64,000 nt of DNA from Fibrobacteria bacterium (GCA_037447435.1 JBBIGR010000012.1:1-64000); one strand, 5' to 3'. Numbered from the stretch's first letter, positions 29,642 through 40,829 are shown. The notes: generated by a model from the letters alone, not told the origin. A program made the numbers and translations.

Positions 29642-30232
29642 ATGACTCGAAAATCCACCATAACTCGGAAAACCAAGGAAACCGACATTCGCCTTTCATT
29701 GACAATTGACGGAAGCGGAAATTCCTCCATAAAAAGCGGCAATGGATTTTTCGACCATATGCTCACCTTGTTCGCCTCACACGGCCGGTTCGACCTTGAC
29801 TGCGTATGCAACGGCGATACCGACGTTGATTTCCATCATAGCGCCGAAGATATCGGCATTTGCCTTGGACAGGCTTTTCATGAAGCACTTGGCGACCATA
29901 AAGGAATTGTCCGCTTCGGAACATTTTATGTACCCATGGACGAATGTCTTGCCAGGGTTTGCATGGATATCAGCGGCAGGCCGAATCTCGTGTACGTCGT
30001 CCCGACATCCTCTACTCATGTCAATGATTTCGAATGCGACCTTGCAAATGATTTTTTCAAGGCATTTACCGATCATGCCCGCATTACGCTCCATGCCGAT
30101 TTGCTACGGGGCAGAAACACCCATCATGCCCTCGAGTCGATTTTCAAGGCCTTTGCCCGCAGTCTTGCAATTGCATGTTCGATAAATCCGAATGCCGCTT
30201 TCGAGATACCATCAACAAAAGGCATGCTGTAA
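29642..30232 (+). CDS. hisB: Imidazoleglycerol-phosphate dehydratase
   Basis: RKTKETDI, FFDHML, DFHHSAED, PMDE, NTHH, PSTKG. Confidence 0.97.
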   Translation: MTRKSTITRKTKETDIRLSLTIDGSGNSSIKSGNGFFDHMLTLFASHGRFDLDCVCNGDTDVDFHHSAEDIGICLGQAFHEALGDHKGIVRFGTFYVPMDECLARVCMDISGRPNLVYVVPTSSTHVNDFECDLANDFFKAFTDHARITLHADLLRGRNTHHALESIFKAFARSLAIACSINPNAAFEIPSTKGML

Positions 30233-30241
30233 TACTATCGT

Positions 30242-31357
30242 ATGGAAATTCCATTTTTCCGATATATTTTGCCGTTTTGCATTTTTTCTATTGTGCTGTT
30301 TGATAAACCGGTTTTTTCCAAACAGGAAATTTTACCTCAAGGATACGCTCTCTTAAAATCGGTTCGACTGCCGCAGCAATTGATCTCGCCGTTTTTCCCC
30401 ACAAAATATACGGTACCTATTTCCCTTTCCGGAAACATAGCGAATGAAATGCGTCAATCGCTGACCATGATGAATTTGGAACCCCCGCAATACGAAGAAG
30501 TGTTCGACAAAAAAGGACAATTTCATTTATATCTGTCAAATGCATCATATTCCCTTGAAACGAGGGACCTCTTGGTTTCGGCTCTTAATCCGATAGACAT
30601 GATTGACGCAATCATAACCTCGGTTATCAAATACCGCTCGGAAACCCAATTTAATGCGATTGTCCACGAAACAGCGGTTTCGGTTTCCCCTATTGCCAAG
30701 GAACAAGGCACAAGGATTGCGGTTGAACTTGTTCCCAAAGGGAACTATTTCTCCTATTCGTATGAAGATGAAGGCCCCTTCGTCCGAGAATCCTGGCTCA
30801 CGAAAATATCGTGCCTCATAGACACTTCAACGCATTTACTTTACGAATTAAAAATTATGCGCCATATGCGTACCTTTTCCGCAGACAAAACCGAAAAACC
30901 GCCTGTCGACAGCGTTTCGTATTGGTATTCATTTTCGTACACAACGCTCGGCACTGCAATAATGCCATCGGGTTTATCATTATCTGTAAACTCAATTCCT
31001 TCGCTCACCCTCAGCGCAACGTATAGAACCGAAGGCAAAAATCTCGTATTTAACACCCGTTCCATTTGTTATTTAAACCATGGGTCAGCGGATACGACAT
31101 CATGCCTGTATTTGAATTATGGAACCTATTCATGGAATGCCGCCTCGGTTTCAGCAGGAAAACCAGGAAAACCGGCCGAATACGCCTTACATATGGAAAA
31201 AGCCGCTTCGTTATGCAGAAATGCTCAGCAAAAGATTAAGTCGGGAAATATCGAGGCCAGCATTCCGTTGCTAAAAAAGGTTGTGGCTGAATATGGTGAA
31301 ACACCACAAGCTGTTGAGGCTCGCAAACTATTAATGGGACTTCCTGGAATTCATTAG
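30242..31357 (+). CDS. Exported hypothetical protein with a C-terminal TPR-like helix pair
   Basis: Signal-peptide-like N-terminus; C-terminal A..LLKKVVAEYGETPQAVEARKLL. Confidence 0.65.
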   Translation: MEIPFFRYILPFCIFSIVLFDKPVFSKQEILPQGYALLKSVRLPQQLISPFFPTKYTVPISLSGNIANEMRQSLTMMNLEPPQYEEVFDKKGQFHLYLSNASYSLETRDLLVSALNPIDMIDAIITSVIKYRSETQFNAIVHETAVSVSPIAKEQGTRIAVELVPKGNYFSYSYEDEGPFVRESWLTKISCLIDTSTHLLYELKIMRHMRTFSADKTEKPPVDSVSYWYSFSYTTLGTAIMPSGLSLSVNSIPSLTLSATYRTEGKNLVFNTRSICYLNHGSADTTSCLYLNYGTYSWNAASVSAGKPGKPAEYALHMEKAASLCRNAQQKIKSGNIEASIPLLKKVVAEYGETPQAVEARKLLMGLPGIH

Positions 31358-31466
31358 AGAATTTTATGGATTTTTCTTCACCAGTATAGTAGTTTTTTAT
31401 TAAGGAACATTCGTATTTAATTATAAATCAACACCTTTTGTTGACCGCACTTTCCAAGGAGGAAGT

Positions 31467-32477
31467 ATGCGCCCTCGCATGCAACTGAGGATGGCTGTTT
31501 GTGTTTTTACGGCGTCTATGATTTGTTTCGCCGTTTTTGGTTGTGGCAAAAAGCAAAAAGCTGCACCACCCCTTAAGGTACCGCAAGTCAGTAAGCCTGC
31601 AATGCCGGTTTCGGATACGACCGATATTTTCAAAGAATTTTATTCCGAAGATACGGCTTCCAAAAAAGCAAAAAATGTAAAGCCGAAAAAAGGCGCAAAG
31701 CAAGAAACCTTTTCAACTGCGTCTCAACAGGAACCGGCTTCATCCTCTGCGGCCGACTTTTCACAAAACGGAAAATACACGGTTCAGATTTCATGTGTAC
31801 GATCCGAATCTTTCGCCGGTAAACTTGCAGAAAAAATGAAAGCAAAAGGATATCCTGCCTACGTCTCTGAAGTTTCGAATCCGACTCCTGCATTGTCGGG
31901 CTCGTTCTATCGGGTGCGTATCGGCGGCTTTGCGGGATTCGCAGCTGCAAAGGCATTTGGAGAAAAAGTTTTAAAGCCTGCCGGAAACGATTATTGGGTT
32001 GACAAGAAATCAAATGATAAAGTCGGCATGGAAGGCTATGGCCTTGGATCCTCAAGTGCCGGGACCAATGCCGCCGGCAGTTACGAGGCTGCGTCGCCAT
32101 CATCTTCGTACCAAGCAACGCCGACGCCGAGTTCAACGCCCTATAAAGCCGAATCGAGCCCTTATTCGCCTCCGGTAGCAACGCAATCTACTCCGGCCGC
32201 GACAAGCAACTCTCCGTCATCGACGTCGACAACTTCACCATCGCCAGCACCGGCAGCGTCATCTCTGGGGGCAACGGCGACTCCCGCTGCGACAGTGCCC
32301 GCACAAAGCAGCCAAACAACAACGCAATCGCCTTCGGCTACATCGTCTCAATCTAATGCTGCCCCTGCAGGAAGCAGCAGCACAACAACAAAACCGTCTT
32401 CGGGTTCTTCCAGTTCAACATCAACGACATCAGGGTCCGGATGGGGAACCGACAGTACTTCCAAATCCGGATGGTAA
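31467..32477 (+). CDS. SPOR domain lipoprotein with Ser/Thr/Pro-rich tail
   Basis: Lipobox VFGC; SPOR motif YTVQI...KGYPAYV..FYRVRIGGF; low-complexity C-terminus. Confidence 0.85.
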   Translation: MRPRMQLRMAVCVFTASMICFAVFGCGKKQKAAPPLKVPQVSKPAMPVSDTTDIFKEFYSEDTASKKAKNVKPKKGAKQETFSTASQQEPASSSAADFSQNGKYTVQISCVRSESFAGKLAEKMKAKGYPAYVSEVSNPTPALSGSFYRVRIGGFAGFAAAKAFGEKVLKPAGNDYWVDKKSNDKVGMEGYGLGSSSAGTNAAGSYEAASPSSSYQATPTPSSTPYKAESSPYSPPVATQSTPAATSNSPSSTSTTSPSPAPAASSLGATATPAATVPAQSSQTTTQSPSATSSQSNAAPAGSSSTTTKPSSGSSSSTSTTSGSGWGTDSTSKSGW

Positions 32478-32498
32478 AAAAAGGTTAGAAAACATGGC

Positions 32499-32532
32499 AA
32501 AGGGCCGGTAGCAATACCGGTCCTTTTTATTT
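32499..32532 (+). terminator. Intrinsic terminator
   Basis: AAGGGCCGGTA-GCAA-TACCGGTCCTTTTT (GNRA loop, U-tail). Confidence 0.8.
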
Positions 32533-32626
32533 TGAACACTCCCAAAGGCCTCCGACAAAATCGGGGGTCTTCTGCATTGTGGGTAAAGTATTTTTGTCTT
32601 TCATATAATTCAAGGAACTTTTGTTT

Positions 32627-33895
32627 ATGCTTGTAGCGCTTCAAAATCTCGGATGCAGTAAAAACCAGGTGGATGGCCAACAAATGCTTGGCCATCTTGT
32701 CAGTGAAGGCTTTGTTGTTACCACCGATTTCAGCGTTGCCGATATCATAATTGTAAACACTTGTGCATTCATTCAGGAGGCGACCCAAGAAGCGATTCAT
32801 GAAATCCTTGAGATGATTGTTTACAAAACAGAAGGAAAATGCAAGACACTTGCCGTGGCAGGCTGTTTTTCCCAGCGATTTAGGGATGAGGCGAAAAAAG
32901 AATTCCCGGAAGTCGATTTGTGGCTTGGCGTCGATGATTGGCCCCGCATACTCAAACAACAATTCCATATATCGGTTTCACCTTCGTATATTCGAACCCT
33001 TTCGCAGCCATTGGCTACCCAATATTTAAAAATCGCGGAAGGATGTTCGCATCGCTGCAGCTTTTGCGCCATACCTCTCATCCGCGGCTCATTTAAAAGC
33101 AGGGCGAAAAACGACATTCTTGCCGAAGCGCGATGGCTTCAGACACAGGGGGTAAAGGAATGCATTCTCGTTTCACAAGACACATCTTCCTATGGAGCCG
33201 ACATCGGCTCCTCGCTTATCGATCTGTTGCGCGATTTATTGGATAGCACGTCGTTTCCGTGGATTAGAATCATGTATTTACACCCGCAATTGGTAAGCGA
33301 TGAATTTTTGCATGTTGTTGCCCAAAATCCTCGTATTGTTCCCTATTTCGATATTCCGTTGCAACATATCAGCGACGATATTCTCAAATCGATGAAACGC
33401 CGTCCGCTTTCAAAAGGCGTTTATTCGCTAATAGAGCGGATCCGAAGCATTGTACCCAATGCGGGAATTCGAACGACGTTCATCGTTGGATACCCCGGGG
33501 AGACGGAAAAGCACTTTTCCGAATTGTTAAAATTCGTCGAATGGGCTCGCTTTGAGCGCTGCGGCATTTTTCCTTTTTCCCGCGAAAAAGACACCGAGGC
33601 GTATTCGCTTAAAGGAAAACCGAAAAACAATACCGTTTCCGCACGATGCGATGAGCTTATGGCATTGCAATCACAGATCAGTTCACAGATTTGCTCTTCA
33701 CGTATCGGAAAAAACCTCGATGTTATCATAGACTGCCAAGGCGATGCCGGATTTGAAGCAAGAAGTAAATGGGATGCTCCGGAAGTGGACGGCACGGTTT
33801 TTATTCCACAGGGAAATTGTCCTATAGGATCCATACAACGCGTTACCGTTACGGGCAGCAAAGAATATGACCTTGTTGCAAAGCTCATTTCTTGA
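32627..33895 (+). CDS. rimO: Ribosomal protein S12 methylthiotransferase
   Basis: LGCSKNQVD, VNTCAFIQEA, YLKIAEGCSHRCSFCAIP, DAPEVDG. Confidence 0.95.
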   Translation: MLVALQNLGCSKNQVDGQQMLGHLVSEGFVVTTDFSVADIIIVNTCAFIQEATQEAIHEILEMIVYKTEGKCKTLAVAGCFSQRFRDEAKKEFPEVDLWLGVDDWPRILKQQFHISVSPSYIRTLSQPLATQYLKIAEGCSHRCSFCAIPLIRGSFKSRAKNDILAEARWLQTQGVKECILVSQDTSSYGADIGSSLIDLLRDLLDSTSFPWIRIMYLHPQLVSDEFLHVVAQNPRIVPYFDIPLQHISDDILKSMKRRPLSKGVYSLIERIRSIVPNAGIRTTFIVGYPGETEKHFSELLKFVEWARFERCGIFPFSREKDTEAYSLKGKPKNNTVSARCDELMALQSQISSQICSSRIGKNLDVIIDCQGDAGFEARSKWDAPEVDGTVFIPQGNCPIGSIQRVTVTGSKEYDLVAKLIS

Positions 33896-33986
33896 ACGTC
33901 GGCAGTTTTGACTTTAATTAAATGCATGATGTATCTTTGCCAAAGTTTCGTGTCTTTTTGCGATAAGATGAAGGAGTGATTTAGTT

Positions 33987-34262
33987 ATGCCGACCTATGA
34001 GTATGAATGTGAAAAATGCGGTCTTCTTTTCGAGGAATTCCAAAGTATAACGGCAGAACCTTTAACTTCCTGCAAAAAAGAGGGTTGTAACGGTCATGTC
34101 AAACGATTGATATCGCCCGGTGCCGGTTTCCTTTTTAAAGGAAGCGGATTTTATATCACCGATTACCGCTCGGAATCTTATAAAAAACAAGCAAAAAACG
34201 ATTCCGGCTCATCAAGTTCGGGTTCTTCAAGTTCTTCAGACGCTGGGAAAAAGTCCACCTAA
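33987..34262 (+). CDS. FmdB family zinc-ribbon regulatory protein
   Basis: MPTYEYECEKCG..C....C, FKGSGFYITDY. Confidence 0.92.
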   Translation: MPTYEYECEKCGLLFEEFQSITAEPLTSCKKEGCNGHVKRLISPGAGFLFKGSGFYITDYRSESYKKQAKNDSGSSSSGSSSSSDAGKKST

Positions 34263-34309
34263 CGGTGCATTCATTCCATTGTTTCACTTTTTCGCATTAA
34301 AGGCAAATC

Positions 34310-35317
34310 ATGTTTATTGATGAGACTACTATTATGCTCACGGCCGGAAACGGTGGGAACGGCTGTTTTGCCTACTTGCGCGAAAAATATCGCCCCATGG
34401 GCGGTCCAAGCGGCGGACGCGGCGGGAAAGGCGGCAGCGTTTTCATTCAGGCTTCGCATCATTTACACACGTTGCAAGACCTCGATTTCAGAAGACAATA
34501 TAAGGCTGAAAACGGGGCACACGGCAAAGGCGGCCATAAAGACGGTAAAGATGCTGAGGACATTTTAATTCTCGTTCCCATCGGAACGGTGATATACGAT
34601 GCCGAAACCGGCGAATTGCTTTATGACGCGCTCGACGAAAATAAAACGTTCTGCGCAGCTTTGGGCGGCATTGGCGGCCGCGGCAACGCAGCGCTTAAAA
34701 CCAGGAAAAACCCGCTTCCTGATTTCGCGGAAAAAGGAAAGACCGGTCAAAAACGCCGACTACGACTTGAGCTCAAAGTTCTTGCGGATGTGGGGCTTGT
34801 CGGCCGTCCGAATGCAGGAAAGTCGACGTTTCTGTCTACCGTCTCCGCAGCACGGCCGAAAATCGCCGACTACCCGTTTACCACGACGCAACCGTATCTT
34901 GGCATTGTCAGATGCGAGGGATATCAGTCGTTTGTCGTTGCCGACATTCCCGGCATTATCGAAGGTTCCCATACGGGGAAAGGTTTGGGCATCAGGTTTT
35001 TAAAACACATTGAACGAACACGCGTGCTTGCCATTTTAGTTCCCGCCGACTCGCCCGACCCAAAAGCAGAAGCAAAAATTCTTCTCAAGGAACTGGCGGC
35101 TTATAGCCCGCTTCTAGCCGATAAACCGACCTGTTTTATCCTTTCGAAAAATGATTTATTGACAAAAGACGCAAAAAAGTCGGTTCCAAAAGGTTGGCTG
35201 ACCATGTGCGCGGTAACCGGTGAAGGCGTTCCCGAAGTTCTTTTAGCCCTAAAATCACACTTGGAAAAGGCATTGGTCGACGCCTCGATTCCAACCGAAG
35301 ATATTTTCATGCCATGA
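34310..35317 (+). CDS. obgE: GTPase ObgE/CgtA
   Basis: MFIDE..AGNGGNG Gly-rich Obg fold, LELKVLADVGLVGRPNAGKST, PKIADYPFTT, DIPG. Confidence 0.97.
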   Translation: MFIDETTIMLTAGNGGNGCFAYLREKYRPMGGPSGGRGGKGGSVFIQASHHLHTLQDLDFRRQYKAENGAHGKGGHKDGKDAEDILILVPIGTVIYDAETGELLYDALDENKTFCAALGGIGGRGNAALKTRKNPLPDFAEKGKTGQKRRLRLELKVLADVGLVGRPNAGKSTFLSTVSAARPKIADYPFTTTQPYLGIVRCEGYQSFVVADIPGIIEGSHTGKGLGIRFLKHIERTRVLAILVPADSPDPKAEAKILLKELAAYSPLLADKPTCFILSKNDLLTKDAKKSVPKGWLTMCAVTGEGVPEVLLALKSHLEKALVDASIPTEDIFMP

Positions 35318-35760
35318 CCCGCGACATTGCGATACGGCTGGCAACGATTTCCGATATTCCGGCAATTTTGTCTATCGAAGCTTTGAGCAAAAGCGTCACC
35401 TGGACCGCGCAAAATTTTTCCGAAGAATTATCTAAAAGCAATTCGATTAACCTCATCGCCGAAAATGATGGTTCTGCCGCAGGTTTTTTATTGTCCGAAT
35501 ACGTTATCGACGAATGTTGTATCGACACGATGGCCGTCGCCCCCTTCTATCGGCGATACGGCATTGGTAAAAAACTCATCGAATCATTATTTTCAATCGC
35601 GAAACAGCGCGGCATCGCATCAATACATCTGGAAGTACGGGCAGGCAACAAACCTGCCATTTCACTATACAAATCAATGGGGTTTTGCAATCGGGGTGTC
35701 AGAAAAGCATATTATAATGATACGGGAGAGGATGGGCTCCTCATGTATTATAAGGACTGA
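35314..35760 (+). CDS. rimI: Ribosomal protein S18 alanine N-acetyltransferase
   Basis: GNAT motifs AVAPFYRRYGIG, LEVRAGN..AISLY..MGF, RKAYY..GED. Confidence 0.9.
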   Translation: MTRDIAIRLATISDIPAILSIEALSKSVTWTAQNFSEELSKSNSINLIAENDGSAAGFLLSEYVIDECCIDTMAVAPFYRRYGIGKKLIESLFSIAKQRGIASIHLEVRAGNKPAISLYKSMGFCNRGVRKAYYNDTGEDGLLMYYKD

Positions 35761-35762
35761 AA

Positions 35763-36347
35763 ATGCCATTGACAATTGCTAACCGCATTACGATCGTTCG
35801 AATTCTTGCCATACCTTTTTTCATAATGCTGCTTATGTATTATTCCAAAGGAGCTGTTTTAGGACAACAACACCCGATTCTCCGATGGTCGGCTTTTGGC
35901 ATTTTCCTCAGCATTTTCCTTTTGGACGCGGTTGACGGATATATTGCCCGATCAAGAGGCGAAATTACGCATCTGGGCACGATTTTGGATCCGCTTGCGG
36001 ACAAATTAGTACTTGTATCCGCGTTACTTCTTTTATCGATTCCGCCCTATGCTTCCGCGTTCCAACCGCATTTGCCGTTTTGGTTCATTGCAGTCATAAT
36101 CAGCCGCGACATTATTTTGTCTTTAGGAGCATTGCTCATACAAAACATTGTCGGCTCGCTTACCGTTCGTCCCCGAGTTACGGGAAAAATCGCAACATTT
36201 TTCCAGGGGACAATTATCGTTTGGGTGCTTATCGGTTTGCCTGACGTTCCCTTTTTCTGGCTTATTGGAATCGCGGCACTTTTCATAGTCGTATCCGCCA
36301 GCCAATACATCTTCGACGGTATACGTCAATTGGAAAAAGCTAAGTAA
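35763..36347 (+). CDS. pgsA: CDP-alcohol phosphatidyltransferase (PgsA-like)
   Basis: ANRITIVRI, DAVDGYIAR...G.ILDPLADK, IISRD, GKIAT. Confidence 0.85.
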   Translation: MPLTIANRITIVRILAIPFFIMLLMYYSKGAVLGQQHPILRWSAFGIFLSIFLLDAVDGYIARSRGEITHLGTILDPLADKLVLVSALLLLSIPPYASAFQPHLPFWFIAVIISRDIILSLGALLIQNIVGSLTVRPRVTGKIATFFQGTIIVWVLIGLPDVPFFWLIGIAALFIVVSASQYIFDGIRQLEKAK

Positions 36348-36430
36348 CGAAAAATAAAAACGGCGTATCCGCTACGGACACGCCAATTGTTTTAAATCGA
36401 AAAAAGCAACTCGTGCTTTATTTGAATCTT

Positions 36431-37327
36431 TTAAAACTTCTTTTCCTGTTTAAAATCCAAACTCATTTCTACAAACGGCACCCATCGGTCTTGGCTATGA
36501 TCGGTAATGAGTGAGTCGTAGGTTGCTTCGGATTTTTTTGTCCAGGTTTTCTTCGCAGGATCGAACGTTTCGAAATTCTGTCGTACCGAAGCGAATCTGT
36601 TTACAAAAATAAAAATCGTATCGCCAAGGCAATCGTAGGTCCCGTCCGAACGAAATTCGTAATCTTCCTTAAGGTTTTTGCTGCTCTGGCCTTTTTTGGT
36701 TTCGACAAGTTTCGCTTTACCGTCTTTACCAAAAGTAAATATTTTCTTTTCTACCGCATTAATGGCTTTGTCGGCTTCGCTTTTTGCCTTGTCGGTAAAA
36801 ACCCATTCGCCCGGTAAACGGGCAAGGATTTCCTTTGATCTGTCTTGATTAAATTTGAGTTGCGGCAGCATAGCCACGGCTTTTTTGGCATTATCTTCAA
36901 CTTGGTAAATCCAATTTTTTGCGGAGAAATCGTTGATAACCGCTATCGCACTATCGAGCTTTTTTGCCTGCATTCCGGTAAAAGAGCTTTTTGCGTTCAT
37001 GATAATATTGACCAGGGAATCGGTAAACGGTTTCAATTTCACCAGGTTTTCCTGATACAGAGCTTCAGCCTTTGCAACGACAATGCGGGCCGAGTCCAAG
37101 GATTTTCGTGCCGTTGTCTTTTCGTCTTTTTGTTTGGCATATCCCGCGCCATAAACGAACTTTATTGCATCCGACAATGAACTGTCCGGTACGCCCTTGG
37201 CTTTCAGCAAATCGATACGTTTTTGCATATCGTCAATTGACTTCTGGCTTACGGAACATCCGGCAAGCATTATAACGCTTAAGGCCAAAAGGGGAAGCAA
37301 AAGACAAGCGAGCAACGATTTCTTCAT
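36431..37327 (-). CDS. Hypothetical lipoprotein
   Basis: MKKSLL... signal with LAGC lipobox; ATG at 37327 after GGAGG. Confidence 0.75.
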   Translation of the reverse strand: MKKSLLACLLLPLLALSVIMLAGCSVSQKSIDDMQKRIDLLKAKGVPDSSLSDAIKFVYGAGYAKQKDEKTTARKSLDSARIVVAKAEALYQENLVKLKPFTDSLVNIIMNAKSSFTGMQAKKLDSAIAVINDFSAKNWIYQVEDNAKKAVAMLPQLKFNQDRSKEILARLPGEWVFTDKAKSEADKAINAVEKKIFTFGKDGKAKLVETKKGQSSKNLKEDYEFRSDGTYDCLGDTIFIFVNRFASVRQNFETFDPAKKTWTKKSEATYDSLITDHSQDRWVPFVEMSLDFKQEKKF

Positions 37328-37457
37328 ATAATTTCCTCCCAAAAAAAAGAGCGTAGAAAAATGGAACGGAGAAGTGTATTGTACCTATAGAAATAAGATA
37401 TGTATCAATTCATAGTCAAGAAGATTTATGGCGCAATTCGAAATCCAACCAACATGC

Positions 37458-37523
37458 AAAAAAAATCGCCCGGCTTTGCTTGGGACATCCCTTGTTTAAA
37501 ACATTCCTTGCAAAGCCGGGCGA
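37458..37523 (-). terminator. Terminator-like stem after degP
   Basis: 14-bp TCGCCCGGCTTTGC/GCAAAGCCGGGCGA with a 30-nt loop and an A8 tract. Confidence 0.55.
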
Positions 37524-37551
37524 AAATAATCGGCCTTATACTGTTGAATCT

Positions 37552-39132
37552 TTATTTTCCATGCAAGGTAAAAGCCAAATACAATGTGTTTGGCCCCCTT
37601 CGTATAAGGAATAGCACCGCAGATTCGGGCTTAATGGATTTCGCTATCTTCGCATAATCCTTTACCGATGTAATCGGCTGACGGTTGATTTCAACAATTA
37701 CGTCTCCCGGCATCACGCCTTCCCCTGCCGCTTGAGACGATTGGTCGACCTCGGTCACAATAACCCCTGTGACATCTTCATCAAGGTTATATTGTTGCCG
37801 TATCTGCTCATTTATGGCATTGACGGTCAGACCGAGTTGCACGGCAGAATCTGCACTTTCCTGCCCTTTTTCATTTCCTTTGGAAAGATTATTGATTTTC
37901 CCTTCATCCCGTTCATTGAGAACTACGCTCACGGTTATTTCCTTACCGCCACGGAATACAACGACAGGCACCTTTTTGCCAGGTTCAATAGTCGCTACCG
38001 TATTTTTAAGGTCATTTGAGCTTTCGACGGGTTTTCCGTCTATTGTCAGGACCACATCGCCGCGTTTAATACCTGCTTTTTCTGCTGGCTGATTTTTAAA
38101 AACATCCGAAATAAGTACACCCTTTTTGCTCCCCAAACCAAGGGCATTATGCATTGATTCGTTGATGTCCTGAATTTGAACCCCAAGCCATCCGCGAGTC
38201 ACCTTACCATGATAAATGATGTCTTCCATTACGCGTCGTGCCATATTAATCGGTATTGCCATTCCGATTCCCATAAAACCGCCCGAGGTAGTGTATATCA
38301 TGGTATTTATACCGATAAGCTCGCCATTTAAATTGATGAGAGCGCCGCCCGAATTTCCCGGATTAATCGCAGCATCGGTTTGAATGTAATTCTGGAATTG
38401 TGTCGGGTTTTTATCATCGCGCCTCCCAAGTGCGGAAACTATGCCTTGAGTGACTGTGGATGTCAATGCAAACGGATTACCTACTGCCATGACCCATTCA
38501 CCGACCCGTAATTTGTCGGAATCCCCGAGATAAGCAATAGTTAAATCCTTTGCCTGGCCTTTTATTTTAAGCACTGCTACATCGGACAAGGAATCCACTC
38601 CTACGATCTCCGCTGCAAAGGTACGCTTATCCGAAGTCTTGATTTCTATTTCGTCGGCACCGTGTACTACGTGGAAATTCGTGAGAATATAGCCCTCTTT
38701 GGATACGATGACGCCCGAACCAAGCCCCTGTTGTCGACGGAGTTGTTTTTTGTTTTGCTGAGGCTGTTGCTTGTGAAATTGCTGGCCACGGCGTGGCGTG
38801 CCGAAAAACTGATCGAACGGAGATCCGAAATCGTCGTCGCCGAAAAATTGATAAAAAGGATTATTATTAAAAATAACGGTGTCGATTTGGGTTGGGATTA
38901 CCGAAACCACAGATGGAACGACCTTATCGGCCAAATCGGCAAATACCGTTCGAAACGATTCGAATTCTGGCGTTGTTTTGACATTCGGTTTTTCTTTGGC
39001 TCCAAACGTTATGGATCCTTTCTCCGGCCTTTTCCCTTCTGCAAATAAAAACTTGCAATCGACAATGTACATTCCAAGCATTATTGCAAGAACGGTGGTG
39101 AACGGAATTACCCGCTTTTTTAAATGTAACAT
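37552..39132 (-). CDS. degP: Do/DegP family serine endopeptidase with two PDZ domains
   Basis: GLGSGVIV, ILTNFHVV, DVAVLK, IQTDAAINPGNSGGAL, two PDZ domains; start at 39132 is inferred. Confidence 0.92.
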   Translation of the reverse strand: MLHLKKRVIPFTTVLAIMLGMYIVDCKFLFAEGKRPEKGSITFGAKEKPNVKTTPEFESFRTVFADLADKVVPSVVSVIPTQIDTVIFNNNPFYQFFGDDDFGSPFDQFFGTPRRGQQFHKQQPQQNKKQLRRQQGLGSGVIVSKEGYILTNFHVVHGADEIEIKTSDKRTFAAEIVGVDSLSDVAVLKIKGQAKDLTIAYLGDSDKLRVGEWVMAVGNPFALTSTVTQGIVSALGRRDDKNPTQFQNYIQTDAAINPGNSGGALINLNGELIGINTMIYTTSGGFMGIGMAIPINMARRVMEDIIYHGKVTRGWLGVQIQDINESMHNALGLGSKKGVLISDVFKNQPAEKAGIKRGDVVLTIDGKPVESSNDLKNTVATIEPGKKVPVVVFRGGKEITVSVVLNERDEGKINNLSKGNEKGQESADSAVQLGLTVNAINEQIRQQYNLDEDVTGVIVTEVDQSSQAAGEGVMPGDVIVEINRQPITSVKDYAKIAKSIKPESAVLFLIRRGPNTLYLAFTLHGK

Positions 39133-39184
39133 ACTTCTAAATCCTTTCGAATATTGTATTACATAAAATGGGTTGCCTAAGAAC

Positions 39185-39218
39185 ATAAAAGAAGCGCTTG
39201 GCCGAGCGCCTCTTTTAT
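39185..39218 (-). terminator. Intrinsic terminator after guaB
   Basis: ATAAAAGAAGCGCT/AGCGCCTCTTTTAT inverted repeat. Confidence 0.55.
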
Positions 39219-39323
39219 GATAATCTTCCTTGTTTTCAGATAGGATTTCGATTCGTCGGAGAAAAAATTGTCATGATGCAGAAGGGCGTTCCAGTCAGGG
39301 GCTGGTCGCCTAAAAATCGTCTT

Positions 39324-40829
39324 TTACTTGTTACCTTCCTTATCGACGGTTTTAATATTGCCGGTACCGCCTTCCGCAAACGATTGTTCGGAAACGCGGG
39401 TAAGCACCGCATTATTCATAAACTCGCTTAATGTCAATGCGCCGGCATTACACATGGTAGATTTCAATTTCGCCGTTGTAACGCCCATTACATCGGACAA
39501 TGATCCCACGATAGGAACGTATCCGTCAACGCCTTCCTCAAATTTGAAATCGGATTCGCTTTCGCCGTTGTACCGTTGCCAATTCCGTGCACGGTTCGAA
39601 CCCTCTCCCCAATAGGGTTTAAATAATCTGCCGCCGATGGAAACTTTCGGCGTCGGGCTCTCGGTTGTCATTGCAAAATAACGGCCCATCATCACAAAAT
39701 CGGCTCCCATTGCAAGCGCGATGATGATTTGGGTATCATTGGCTAACCCGCCATCGGAACATACCGGCACGTAAATGCCGGTTTCTTTGAAGTAGTTGTT
39801 TCGTGCGGCAACCACATCCATGAGCGCGGAAGCCTGGCCCCTGCCGATTCCTTTTTGCTCGCGGGTAATGCATATTGATCCGCCGCCGATGCCGACTTTG
39901 ACAAAATCAACTTGGGCCTCCGTGGCCAAATACCTGAATGCTTCGCCGTCGACAACGTTGCCTCCGCCGATCACGACACTGTCGCCGTATTTTTTGCGCA
40001 CCCAAACGGCCGCGTCGCGCTGATATTCCGAGTATCCGTCGGATGAGTCAAAGCATAATGCATCCGCGCCCGCAGCGACAAGTGCAGGCACACGGTCCTT
40101 ATAATCGTGCGTATTGACGCCGCATCCGACCGCGATACGCTTCTTTTCATCGAGAAGTTCGTTCGGATTATTGATGTGATCGATAAAATCCTTTTTGAAA
40201 ACCAAAAACTGCAGTTTTCCGTCTTTATCGATAATAGGTAGACATTCTTTTTTATTTTGGCGCAACAGTTTATTCGCATCATGCAACGAGAGTCCGACAT
40301 CGCCGAACACGACATTTGCTTTTGCGGTCATGCATTGAGAAACGGGAACGTTCAGGTCATCTTCAAATTCCCAGAAATCCTTGTCCGTAAGAATGCCGAC
40401 AAACGTACCGTTGGGTGAACCGTCATGAGTGACCGGAATGGTGGAATGTCCGGTTCGTTTGCTGAGAGCAACGGCTTCGGCAAGGGTATTATCGGGTCGC
40501 AAGTTCGAATCCGAAAGGACAAAACCTGCTTTATAGTGCTTGACACGCGCAACCATTTCCGCCTGATTTTCTATGGATTGCGAACAAAAAATGAAGGAAA
40601 GGCCCCCTTTGCGCGCAAGGCCGATCGACAGGTCGACGCCCGAAACGGCTTGCATGCTTGCCGATACAAAGGGAACATTCAAAGAAAACCGTGACTCCCC
40701 GCCTTTTTTAAAACGAGCCATCGGAGTTTTCAAATTCACATTGGAAGGTATATGCTTTGTCGTGGTAAGGCCCGGAATAATAAGAAATTCCGAAAACGTG
40801 CGTGAAACTTCTTCAAGAATTTTGGCCAC
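39324..40829 (-). CDS. guaB: IMP dehydrogenase with CBS pair
   Basis: [14 protein letters not shown] (catalytic Cys), CSDGG, YWGEGS, EEGVDG; GTG at 40829 after GAGGTG. Confidence 0.93.
   Translation of the reverse strand: MAKILEEVSRTFSEFLIIPGLTTTKHIPSNVNLKTPMARFKKGGESRFSLNVPFVSASMQAVSGVDLSIGLARKGGLSFIFCSQSIENQAEMVARVKHYKAGFVLSDSNLRPDNTLAEAVALSKRTGHSTIPVTHDGSPNGTFVGILTDKDFWEFEDDLNVPVSQCMTAKANVVFGDVGLSLHDANKLLRQNKKECLPIIDKDGKLQFLVFKKDFIDHINNPNELLDEKKRIAVGCGVNTHDYKDRVPALVAAGADALCFDSSDGYSEYQRDAAVWVRKKYGDSVVIGGGNVVDGEAFRYLATEAQVDFVKVGIGGGSICITREQKGIGRGQASALMDVVAARNNYFKETGIYVPVCSDGGLANDTQIIIALAMGADFVMMGRYFAMTTESPTPKVSIGGRLFKPYWGEGSNRARNWQRYNGESESDFKFEEGVDGYVPIVGSLSDVMGVTTAKLKSTMCNAGALTLSEFMNNAVLTRVSEQSFAEGGTGNIKTVDKEGNK

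Noticed and set aside
32348..32968. 206-aa minus-strand ORF
   Set aside because: Antisense to the SPOR gene and rimO, and crosses a terminator
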